This document shows, piece by piece, positions 49,362 to 57,498 of a stretch of 57,498 nucleotides of DNA (positions are counted from its first letter, which is position 1; the number at the start of each line of letters is the position of its first letter). Source of the DNA: a bacterium (GTDB lineage: Bacteria; Cyanobacteriota; Vampirovibrionia; Obscuribacterales; JAKAZS01); assembly GCA_021815785.1 (NCBI GenBank), contig JAKAZS010000006.1, forward strand, positions 1-57,498, given 5' to 3'. The notes below the pieces were generated by a model, which ran no database searches, was not told the DNA's origin, and worked only from the letters and a program-made list of their open reading frames with translations. The translations under genes and the position numbers were made by a program.

Positions 49362-50507
49362 TCAAATTACGTTATCTTCAATTGTAATAGCACTAACATA
49401 TTCAATATGCTTTTTGAATTTTTGTAAGTAGTAATTTATGATTGGGTTTTTATGTTGAAAATAAATATAGCTAGGGATTAAATGACAGCCTAACTTATAT
49501 TTGGTTTCTTCAAGCGAGGCACCTAAATATAATTGCGTTAAATTATGGGCTAAACAAATTTTGATTTTTTCAATAAACGCACGAAAATATAAATTGTATT
49601 TCCGTCCTACTTCCTTATCAAAAGCAATATATTTTTGAACTAAAACATTTTTATTGGTAACAATAAGATCAAAGCCGATAAGTCTACTATCCAGGTAAAA
49701 TAATACATATTGAGCGCCAGAAACTGTTTTACAAATATTGTCAAAATAGGCCTGATTGTGTTTGCCGAATGATAATTCGGCTGATTCCACCTGAATGTTA
49801 TATAAACTATATATAGTGTCAAGATCATTTGTTTTAGGTGAATTAGTTATCATAACTTCAATTGGGCTGGATTTTTTTATACTGTGATTTAAATATCGTT
49901 TCATCTCATGAGATATTGACTTTAAATACTCATCCAAAGTTTTAAAATTAATGTCCAGGACGCAAAATGGTAATGAATTAGCACAAATATAATTATTGGT
50001 TATGGATTTAGGTAATTGCTTTTTGGTGATTGCGGTAAAATCTTTAAAGGCAATTACATCAAGTTTTAAGTTTTTTTGAAGGCTTTTAAGGGTTTTGATT
50101 ATTTCATCCCACAAACTTGTGTAATCAGCATTTTCAATGTTTAAATTTTTATCTAAACCAATCTCGCCATACTCACCTTCAACAAAGCCAATGCCCAGAA
50201 CTTTTACTTGAAACCACTGCGGAAAATGTTTATTAAGATGAATGGCAAAATCTTTAATTTTGCCATTCATCTCTGGTATTACAGTAGTAAGTAATGAATA
50301 TTTGGTAATAAATAAGGGCAAAATTACTGCTGGTTTATTACGTGATTTTATAACCAAGCTTTTAAACTCAACTGGATTAGTGCCAGAATCTTGCATTAAG
50401 TTTATCATTGACGTTGAATCTGGATGGTCAATAAAAAATTCAGTCCAAATACTATCGTCAACAGATTTTAGTTTGTTTTGTAATTCAATGGTTAGGCTAT
50501 CGAGCAT
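49362..50507 (-). CDS. GNAT-fold / FemAB-like (peptidoglycan biosynthesis-recognition type) transferase
   Basis: FKDF, LPFC.L...F.TLDEYL, YNLYF, LYLGAS..ETKYKLGC tandem-GNAT pattern. Confidence 0.75.
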   Translation of the reverse strand: MLDSLTIELQNKLKSVDDSIWTEFFIDHPDSTSMINLMQDSGTNPVEFKSLVIKSRNKPAVILPLFITKYSLLTTVIPEMNGKIKDFAIHLNKHFPQWFQVKVLGIGFVEGEYGEIGLDKNLNIENADYTSLWDEIIKTLKSLQKNLKLDVIAFKDFTAITKKQLPKSITNNYICANSLPFCVLDINFKTLDEYLKSISHEMKRYLNHSIKKSSPIEVMITNSPKTNDLDTIYSLYNIQVESAELSFGKHNQAYFDNICKTVSGAQYVLFYLDSRLIGFDLIVTNKNVLVQKYIAFDKEVGRKYNLYFRAFIEKIKICLAHNLTQLYLGASLEETKYKLGCHLIPSYIYFQHKNPIINYYLQKFKKHIEYVSAITIEDNVI

Positions 50508-51358
50508 GCCAGGTTAGATTCATCATATTCAATACTATTATCATTATAAATAGTACTATTATTTATGATAAAATTGCTAATTGAATTTGTAACATCTTTT
50601 TTACGAAGATCTAAAGTGAGCACATGATCACAGTTGTCGAGCATTAATAATTGTTTATCTTTACTGGATATCATATTATAAATTTGAATTGCATTATCTA
50701 TTGATGTAAGACTATCTTCGAGGCTATGAATAATAACCGCTGGGCAAGTAACCATCGGCGCATGCTTTTTCACTATTCTGGCTAAATGATTAAGTTGGCG
50801 TAAGGATGCTACATAAGTTCTAAATAAACCAAATTCATTAGAATTACTGTTTTTAGCATTTTCAATGGATTTAGTGATAATTTTTTGCAGTCTTTGATCT
50901 TTTAAGCCGTAGGGTGGATCTTCTGTCCAATAAAAATATTTACCCAGGAAAGGAATAAAGTCGGCTAATGGCATTAAGCGATGAAGGAATGGGACATTGC
51001 CGCCATCATATTTTAAAGTTGGTGACATTAAGATGATTCCGGAAACATTTTTATATTTGTGGGCAATCATTAAAGCTAATAAAGCTCCCATTGATAATCC
51101 GCCAATATAAATTTCCGCACATTGCTTGGCTAACTCCTCATATGCTTGACAAGCACCATCGAACCAATCTTGCCAATTAGTATTCAATAAATCCTGGTGC
51201 GATCCACCGTGGCCTGGCAGCATTGGTGCTTTGACGGTAAAGCCTAATTGGGTTAAATGTTTGACTTCGGGTTTCATTTCACAAGGACTACCCGTTAATC
51301 CATGGATTAGCAATACACCGATTCGAGAATTGTCATAATTGTTTTTGATTAATTGCAT
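50492..51358 (-). CDS. Alpha/beta hydrolase (carboxylesterase/lipase)
   Basis: LLIHGLTG, nucleophile GLSMG, HSLED, DHVLT (Ser-Asp-His triad). Confidence 0.92.
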   Translation of the reverse strand: MQLIKNNYDNSRIGVLLIHGLTGSPCEMKPEVKHLTQLGFTVKAPMLPGHGGSHQDLLNTNWQDWFDGACQAYEELAKQCAEIYIGGLSMGALLALMIAHKYKNVSGIILMSPTLKYDGGNVPFLHRLMPLADFIPFLGKYFYWTEDPPYGLKDQRLQKIITKSIENAKNSNSNEFGLFRTYVASLRQLNHLARIVKKHAPMVTCPAVIIHSLEDSLTSIDNAIQIYNMISSKDKQLLMLDNCDHVLTLDLRKKDVTNSISNFIINNSTIYNDNSIEYDESNLACSIA

Positions 51359-51547
51359 ATAAACCTGAGGAAATACTAAAAAAATAATAGTTTTATAATA
51401 AAGATTAATGCTTACGTATTACTTACTAGAAAGTTAAGCTGTGTAAATATTTAAAATTAAGCATTGCTAATATTGATGTAAATTAGAATATTAAATTAGC
51501 GCAAGAATTCAGTTAATAGGTAATTAAATAATATAATATATAAATAT

Positions 51548-52216
51548 ATGCGTATATTACTAGTAGAAGATGATGAAATTCTTTCCGATGGAATTTCTAA
51601 AGCCTTAAAACAAAATGGCTATGCGGTTGACCAGGTCGCTAATGGTTATGATGCTGATTGTGCGTTACGAGCCGATAACTTTGACTTGTTAATTCTCGAT
51701 CTAGGATTACCTTCTATGGATGGTATTGAAGTCCTTAAAAATTTACGTTCGCGTATGTCTAATTTACCGGTTTTAATAGTTACCGCCCGCGATACGCTTG
51801 ACGACAGGGTTATTGGTTTAGATTATGGTGCTGATGATTATTTGACTAAGCCCTTTGACTTACCGGAGTTAGAAGCTAGGGTTCGAGCCTTGCTACGACG
51901 TGGCCTTAGTAAAGGAACAGTTGAATTGGTATTTGGTTCTTTAAAATATGATACAGTTACGAAACGTGTAACTGTTGAAGATAAATTTTTGGAATTATCG
52001 GCTAAAGAAATTAGTATGTTGGAAATATTTTTACAACGATCTGGTGCTGTGGTAAGTAAGGAACAACTTTTGGAACATATGTATAGCTGGGACGAAGAAG
52101 TTAGTCAGAATGCCATTGAAGTTAATATGCATCGTTTGCGTAAAAAACTTGAACCTTGTGGAATTTTTATTCGCACCATACGTGGTCTTGGGTATTTATT
52201 GGATAATAGCAATTGA
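51548..52216 (+). CDS. OmpR-family response regulator (QseB/TctD-like)
   Basis: LLVEDD, LDLGLP, GADDYLTKPF, winged helix RLRKKL...IRTIRGLGY. Confidence 0.97.
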   Translation: MRILLVEDDEILSDGISKALKQNGYAVDQVANGYDADCALRADNFDLLILDLGLPSMDGIEVLKNLRSRMSNLPVLIVTARDTLDDRVIGLDYGADDYLTKPFDLPELEARVRALLRRGLSKGTVELVFGSLKYDTVTKRVTVEDKFLELSAKEISMLEIFLQRSGAVVSKEQLLEHMYSWDEEVSQNAIEVNMHRLRKKLEPCGIFIRTIRGLGYLLDNSN

Positions 52217-53661
52217 AACCATTTAAAAATTCCATTAAAACGCATTTGCTTATTTGGCTATCAGTGCCAATGCTAATTTTATGGATGGTGCAGAGCTTTT
52301 TAACTTATAGTTTAGCCATGAATTTGGCTACAGGTGCTTTTGATAAAGGTCTGTTGGACTCGGTTTTTTCAATTTACAGCTGTATTAATTTTAAAAATGG
52401 CCAAATTAGTGCTGATATTCCACCAGTTGCTTTGGCTATTCTTAAAGAAAATATTAAAGATAAGGTTTATTACCGGGTTTCTGATGAAAATGGTAATTTT
52501 ATTGCTGGTGATGTTTTAATACCACAACCAAAAATTAGGCGTAAAAAATACTTAGGTATTAAATCAGCTAATTTTTCATCTGGAAATATTAATGGTACCC
52601 AAGCTCGTATTGCCCAAGTAGCCTTTGCTATTCCTGAAAATCCTAAGGCTTTTATGTTTATTCAAGTAGCCGAAACTTTACAAAGTCGTAACCAGGTAGC
52701 TGATGAAATTATTATTAGTATTGTTCTGCCCCAATTTATTATGCTGGTTTTATTTCTGTTAATTGTACGTTTTGGTGTGGATAGAGGTTTAGCGCCATTA
52801 GAAACTGTACGTAATGCTGTAGCCCAAAGAACTCCATTTGATTTAAGTCCCATTCAGGAACGTGGTGCTCCCAATGAAGTCAGACCTTTGGTTAAAGCTA
52901 TTAATAATTTACTGCAGCAGTTAAATAATGATATTCAGGCGCAAAAGCGTTTTGTTGCTAATGCTGCTCATCAGTTAAGAACTCCGGTAGCTGGTCTTAT
53001 GACTCAGGCTGAATTAGCCTTACGTATTGATAATCGTCAGGATTTACAGCATAATTTAGAACAGATTAAAATTAGTGCAAGTCGCGCTAGTCGCTTAATT
53101 AATCAATTATTGTCATTAGCTAAGGCTGAACCAAGAGTTATAACTGAAGCTGAATTGCATGTTATTGATTTGAATTTAATTGCTAAAGATGTTTGTACTG
53201 AATTCGTTCAATTAGCCTTAAGCAGGCAAATTGATTTTGGTTTTGAAAATTGTGACGAAGCCGTTTTTATTCGTGCTAATAAACTGTCTATACATGAGTT
53301 GGCTGCAAATTTAGTTGAAAATGCGTTAATTTACACTCAAACTGGTGGTAAAGTTACGGTTAAAGTAAATATTGAAAAAAATAATAAAAAGCATGAAACT
53401 AATTCTGCTTTATTAATTATTGAAGACAATGGACCAGGTATTGTTTATGAAGAACGGGAAAAAGTTTTTGAAAGATTTTATCGTATCCTTGGTACTAAAT
53501 CTAGTGGTAGTGGTTTAGGCTTAGCTATAGTTAAGGAAATTGTTAAAACTTATAATGGTAAAATTTATCTTGAATCTAATAGTGATGGTATAGGTTTAAA
53601 TGCTGTGGTTAAATTTCCTTTAGCCAGTAGTCCTGATACTTTAATTAAGTCGAATGTTTAA
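52213..53661 (+). CDS. Sensor histidine kinase (QseC/TctE-like)
   Basis: 2 TM, HAMP, H-box AAHQLRTP, N-box NLVENA, DNGPGI, GSGLGL; TTG start overlaps regulator stop. Confidence 0.96.
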   Translation: MKPFKNSIKTHLLIWLSVPMLILWMVQSFLTYSLAMNLATGAFDKGLLDSVFSIYSCINFKNGQISADIPPVALAILKENIKDKVYYRVSDENGNFIAGDVLIPQPKIRRKKYLGIKSANFSSGNINGTQARIAQVAFAIPENPKAFMFIQVAETLQSRNQVADEIIISIVLPQFIMLVLFLLIVRFGVDRGLAPLETVRNAVAQRTPFDLSPIQERGAPNEVRPLVKAINNLLQQLNNDIQAQKRFVANAAHQLRTPVAGLMTQAELALRIDNRQDLQHNLEQIKISASRASRLINQLLSLAKAEPRVITEAELHVIDLNLIAKDVCTEFVQLALSRQIDFGFENCDEAVFIRANKLSIHELAANLVENALIYTQTGGKVTVKVNIEKNNKKHETNSALLIIEDNGPGIVYEEREKVFERFYRILGTKSSGSGLGLAIVKEIVKTYNGKIYLESNSDGIGLNAVVKFPLASSPDTLIKSNV

Positions 53662-53786
53662 TTATCCCATAAATTTTATGGACAAAAAATATATTTTTCT
53701 TATAAATTTATATTCTAATTCATATAATTTTTAAGGCTTATTAAGCTATTGCTAAAGCTTTGCTGTTTTAAATTGAAATTAGTTAT

Positions 53787-55130
53787 TTATTTTTTTAAAA
53801 ATTTTAAAGTTGGCGCACTTTTATTTTTTTTATCCTGCGAAAAGCCAAATATGGCAATTTCCAGATTGTTTCTAGCTTCAGCTAAACTAGGATTTAGCCT
53901 TAAGGCTAGACGCAATTCATTGATAGCTTGAAGTAAGTCATTTTGCTTATAGAGTAAAAACCCTAAATCATTACGAGCCTGGGCATTTAATGGCTCCAAA
54001 TTAACGGCCTGTTTTAATTCGTCAAGAGCTTCAGTTGCTTGTCCATTGGCTGCATAAGCCCTGCCTAGAACCATATGGCTTTGAGCAAGCATCGGATCAA
54101 GTAAAATTGCCTGTCGGGCTGTTCTAAGTGCCGACTGATTTTCATCGTTGGCTAATAAGGCTCGACTTAAGGCTATTTGAGCGATGGCTGAACCGTGATT
54201 GATTGATTCGGCTATACGAGCAGCTTTTAAAGCACCGTAATTGTCTTTGACTGTTAATAGTGCCTGGGATAGATAGGCTAGCGCACTTACTCTTGGACTA
54301 ATCGTAATGGAACGGCGGAATTCATTAATAGCTTGCGATAGATCACCAGCATTTAAATAAGATTTAGCCAGGTATTCGTGAATAATTGCCTGTTTGGGTT
54401 CCATGGCAATGGCTCGCTTAATTTCACTTATGGCTAATTCGTGTTCATTGGTTTCATCAAAAATTAAGCCCAAAATTAAATGTGGTAAATAATCCATACT
54501 CATTAAGGCAATAGCTCGTTTGGCTTCAAGGGAACTGCCCATAATATCTCCAGCCAGGTATTCATAAATACTTAAAATTACCCTTAATTTACCGTTATGA
54601 TTGTCATTGGAAATTTGGGCTTTTAAACTGGTAATTACCTGGCTAATCGCCAGATAATCTAAAAAATTATGTTCAGGATTAAGTAAATTATTTAATTTTT
54701 CTAAAAAGTCGCTATTGTGAATATCATTTTTAAGGTTTTGGCCAAATAATTCCTGGGGTGTAATAAAATAACCGTGTTTAAGATCGTTTTTCAAGTTTAA
54801 TGGTGTTATATTAGATGATTTAGAATTGTCAATTTCATTTAGGATTAAATTACTACTTTGGTTTTTAGGTAAGTTTAAATTATTAACTGGTTTATTTATT
54901 TGTATATAAGTTTTACTTGATTTAAATTGGTCACAATTTACCCAATTAATAATTTCACTATTGCTTGGATTACTAATTGCTTTTTGCATAATTAAATTAG
55001 TCTGATCTTTATTTTTAGTAGGAAGTTGAGCGCACTGGGCAACAGTAAAATTTGATTCTAAAGATTTTGTCTGTATATTTTGTAGATTAAAACCCATAAT
55101 TAAAATTATCAGGAAAAACCAAACCTTCAT
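53787..55130 (-). CDS. Exported tetratricopeptide repeat protein
   Basis: Signal-like N-terminus; repeated A...L..A..L.P TPR units in the C-terminal half. Confidence 0.88.
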   Translation of the reverse strand: MKVWFFLIILIMGFNLQNIQTKSLESNFTVAQCAQLPTKNKDQTNLIMQKAISNPSNSEIINWVNCDQFKSSKTYIQINKPVNNLNLPKNQSSNLILNEIDNSKSSNITPLNLKNDLKHGYFITPQELFGQNLKNDIHNSDFLEKLNNLLNPEHNFLDYLAISQVITSLKAQISNDNHNGKLRVILSIYEYLAGDIMGSSLEAKRAIALMSMDYLPHLILGLIFDETNEHELAISEIKRAIAMEPKQAIIHEYLAKSYLNAGDLSQAINEFRRSITISPRVSALAYLSQALLTVKDNYGALKAARIAESINHGSAIAQIALSRALLANDENQSALRTARQAILLDPMLAQSHMVLGRAYAANGQATEALDELKQAVNLEPLNAQARNDLGFLLYKQNDLLQAINELRLALRLNPSLAEARNNLEIAIFGFSQDKKNKSAPTLKFLKK

Positions 55131-55367
55131 TTTTTAGTAAATTCTCCAAACCAAAAATTAATACTTTATCATTTTAAATCATCTAAGTTGATTTTTGGGG
55201 TTTTGTTTATTTAAGATATAAGGAAGTCTGCTGAAAAGTTTACATTATTTAGAGAATTAAACTGACAGGACTTAGCATTTAAAATTTATTTGATGATTTA
55301 TTACCAGACTTATCTAGAATCAAGAACTATGCTTAAAGGTAAAGTTGAGTATTGCTAAAAATATTAA

Positions 55368-55394
55368 AATGGCATTTAGGGGAAAAATGCCATT
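55368..55394 (-). terminator. Probable intrinsic terminator after the S53 peptidase gene
   Basis: 10-bp stem aatggcattt / aaatgccatt, 7-nt loop, followed on the - strand by ttaatattttt. Confidence 0.6.
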
Positions 55395-55418
55395 CTAATA
55401 TTTTTGACTTAACTTAAT

Positions 55419-57498
55419 TTATTTTTCTTGGTTATTTTCTAAATTAAGCATATTATTCATTGAACCAGCTAAGGCTCCACCAAATAAGGGGTTCACTGAG
55501 TAGCTTTGTGCTTTTAGGCCTAATTTATCGGCGGTGGTGAAATGTTCATCACCGACAAAGGTATTAGCATAGTTGACAAATCTAGTGCTTAAGCCAGACT
55601 TGGCGTTAGGATGATTTTTGACTAACCAGTTTAAGAATACATCATCTTTAACATCTCCTAAACCTGAAGCTAAATCATAGCCAGCTCCTGCGTTAAAGCC
55701 ACCCACGTCACCATTCATATCGTTGCCACCTTTGGTTATGTCACGAACTACGTTCGCGTTATCGGCATAGGCTTTATACAATAAGTCTTTAAAATCACCG
55801 GTTAATTCTGAGCCAGTTTGTTCTTTAAAGGCATTTTTAATACGCATCCATCGGGCACTATACATTGGTGCTTCAGCACTGGTTCCACCGATTGTAGCAT
55901 CTTGTCCATCAACTCTGACTTTAAATCCAGTTTGAGGATCGGCTACACCGCTTACATCTGGAACACCACGGGTGCCGGTTGGCTTGCCATTAACATCAAC
56001 AATGTTATCGGCTACACCTTTTTGGAAGTCAGGGGTTTTAAATAAACTACTAGGAGCTCCGCCACCAGCTCCACCTTGGGCGCCATCATTCCAAACTGAT
56101 TCACTGGAAACTTTACCACCTTTTAACACTAATCTAGATCCACCAGTACCGGTAATATAAGCTGAAGCGGCTGGATAATCAGCATGAGCCATGCTATCGC
56201 CAACACCATCTTCGGATCCATTATCACCACTAGCGGCAAATATATTAATTCCTTTTAACACAGCTTGTTTGGCTGCAGCTTCCATGGCTTGAACTGATGA
56301 TGGTGTCCAGTTAGATTCAGGACTACCCCAGCTAATACTTACCACATCCGGTTTGACTTTAGCTTCATTGGCTGCATAAAGTAAAACATCAGGCATTCCT
56401 TGGTCGTTATTGGGTGCAAAAACTACTTCTTGGGTAGCTTTTGGAGCCGCCATACCAATGTTTTGATAATCTAAGGCTACTTCACCATCAGCTCCATTAG
56501 GTCCATCACTGGTTATAGAAGCCCCATCAATCGCTTTTGAAGTAATGGTTGGAACTTTGCTTAAACCATTATCGGTAAAATAACTCATATCGCTTTTGTT
56601 GACAGCGCCACCTAATTCCATGATTATAGCTTTACGACCGGCGCCAAGGGTACTGGTATCAGGGGTTCCGGCGGCTTTAGCAACTTCATCCCCAGTGTAT
56701 CCACCAAATTCTCTTGGTTTAGGTGCTTGAGCATCATTTAATAAACGCATTTTCATTTGGGCTATGGGGTGTTGATCTAATCCGGTTACATTATCGACTA
56801 CGTTAGCTAAATCGTTAGGTAATTTAATATCACCAACTTGCGCTTGGAATAAATTACCAGTATCAGCATGTTTTACATCTACTAGTTTCATGTTAAAGGC
56901 TTTTTGCATTTCAGCAGCAGTACCATTAACTTTAACATAGCCGTCTTGAGCGTGACTGGTGTCAATACTTAAATTGTGCGATTTGGCGTAATCTCTAAAT
57001 TTAGCAATGTCAGCTGTTTTGACCGCATATAATTTACGATATTCAGCATCAGTTAAGGGTTTACGTTTGCCGGACATAATATCTTTAATTAAGGTTTCTT
57101 CATGGGCTGGTTTGGTGGTTTTTAAGAAAACGGTTGCTGATGTTGGTTGATCGTTTGGCGTATCACTAACTATATCACCTTTGAGGGTTTGTCTGGAACT
57201 TCCTTCAATGGCTTTTAAAGGATTGCTGTCCACTATTGAATTCTTACTAGCATCGGCTATAGCTTGAATGGCATCAGTTTGAACATTATCGCCAGCTTTT
57301 AAAAATGAACTTCTAACATCATGGAAGGCTAATTTAGAATTCATATCGATATTATTTTTCATAGCTACAGATGATTCACCATTTATGGCTCCATCAGCGA
57401 TCACTGACCCTAATTTCCATGATGATGCGCCGATGCCAAAACTAACGGCTGTAGAAGTGACCGATGTCCCAAAGTCGTTAGCAGCATTTTTTAATTCA
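55419..57498 (-). CDS. S53 (sedolisin/kumamolisin-like) peptidase domain protein; true start probably beyond right window edge
   Basis: Pro-domain, catalytic DGEVALD (E/D), ASGDNG, GGTSAEAP (Ser), GYDLASGLG; frame stays open from GTG 57404 to the window end (ELKNAANDFGTSVTSTAVSFGIGASSWKLGS). Confidence 0.92.
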   Translation of the reverse strand, partial: ELKNAANDFGTSVTSTAVSFGIGASSWKLGSVIADGAINGESSVAMKNNIDMNSKLAFHDVRSSFLKAGDNVQTDAIQAIADASKNSIVDSNPLKAIEGSSRQTLKGDIVSDTPNDQPTSATVFLKTTKPAHEETLIKDIMSGKRKPLTDAEYRKLYAVKTADIAKFRDYAKSHNLSIDTSHAQDGYVKVNGTAAEMQKAFNMKLVDVKHADTGNLFQAQVGDIKLPNDLANVVDNVTGLDQHPIAQMKMRLLNDAQAPKPREFGGYTGDEVAKAAGTPDTSTLGAGRKAIIMELGGAVNKSDMSYFTDNGLSKVPTITSKAIDGASITSDGPNGADGEVALDYQNIGMAAPKATQEVVFAPNNDQGMPDVLLYAANEAKVKPDVVSISWGSPESNWTPSSVQAMEAAAKQAVLKGINIFAASGDNGSEDGVGDSMAHADYPAASAYITGTGGSRLVLKGGKVSSESVWNDGAQGGAGGGAPSSLFKTPDFQKGVADNIVDVNGKPTGTRGVPDVSGVADPQTGFKVRVDGQDATIGGTSAEAPMYSARWMRIKNAFKEQTGSELTGDFKDLLYKAYADNANVVRDITKGGNDMNGDVGGFNAGAGYDLASGLGDVKDDVFLNWLVKNHPNAKSGLSTRFVNYANTFVGDEHFTTADKLGLKAQSYSVNPLFGGALAGSMNNMLNLENNQEK

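Noticed and set aside
53667-53681. Bidirectional terminator between the kinase and TPR genes (ccataaa-t-tttatgg)
   Set aside because: Stem short and AT-rich with an impossible 1-nt loop; too weak to call.
4372-56160. Other short ORF-track entries nested in or antisense to recognised genes (e.g. 4372-4653, 14774-15109, 22492-22716, 29022-29321, 38508-38810, 42344-42700, 50242-50517, 55818-56160)
   Set aside because: No motifs; they overlap well-supported CDSs.

Overview
AT-rich (roughly 30% GC by eye), gene-dense bacterial chromosomal segment. The housekeeping genes look cyanobacteria-related (GluRS N-terminus VRVRIAPSPTG, long RlpA) but no photosynthesis genes are present, so a non-photosynthetic Cyanobacteriota (Vampirovibrionia/Melainabacteria) origin is a reasonable but unproven inference. 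Left part: a long membrane-anchored repeat protein missed by the ORF track (runs off the left edge) next to an apparent short paralog, pheT-pheS, Nudix plus an unannotated 41-aa basic ORF, cysS-gltX, rlpA and a beta-carbonic anhydrase. Centre (15.2-36.6 kb): a 21-kb cobalamin cluster (NiCoT transporter, cobQ, cbiB, cobD, cobN, chlD-like, cobA, cbiE, cbiX-cbiC fusion, cbiD, cbiL, cbiF, cbiG, cbiH-cbiJ fusion, cobW, cobO, cobB). It has two cobalt chelatase types, a CobW without CxCC, a 9-bp tandem repeat in cobN and a candidate -1 slippery site in chlD. Right part: mqnC, dnaJ/cbpA, a GGDEF cyclase, mnmE, etfAB, LOG, holA, a B12-binding domain, a MazF/PemK toxin with an unrecognised upstream partner, an esterase-GNAT pair divergent from a two-component system, a TPR protein, and an S53 peptidase that is the C-terminal part of a longer ORF running off the right edge. 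I recognised no tRNA, rRNA, CRISPR array, transposase or integrase. All calls come from reading motifs; no database searches were run.
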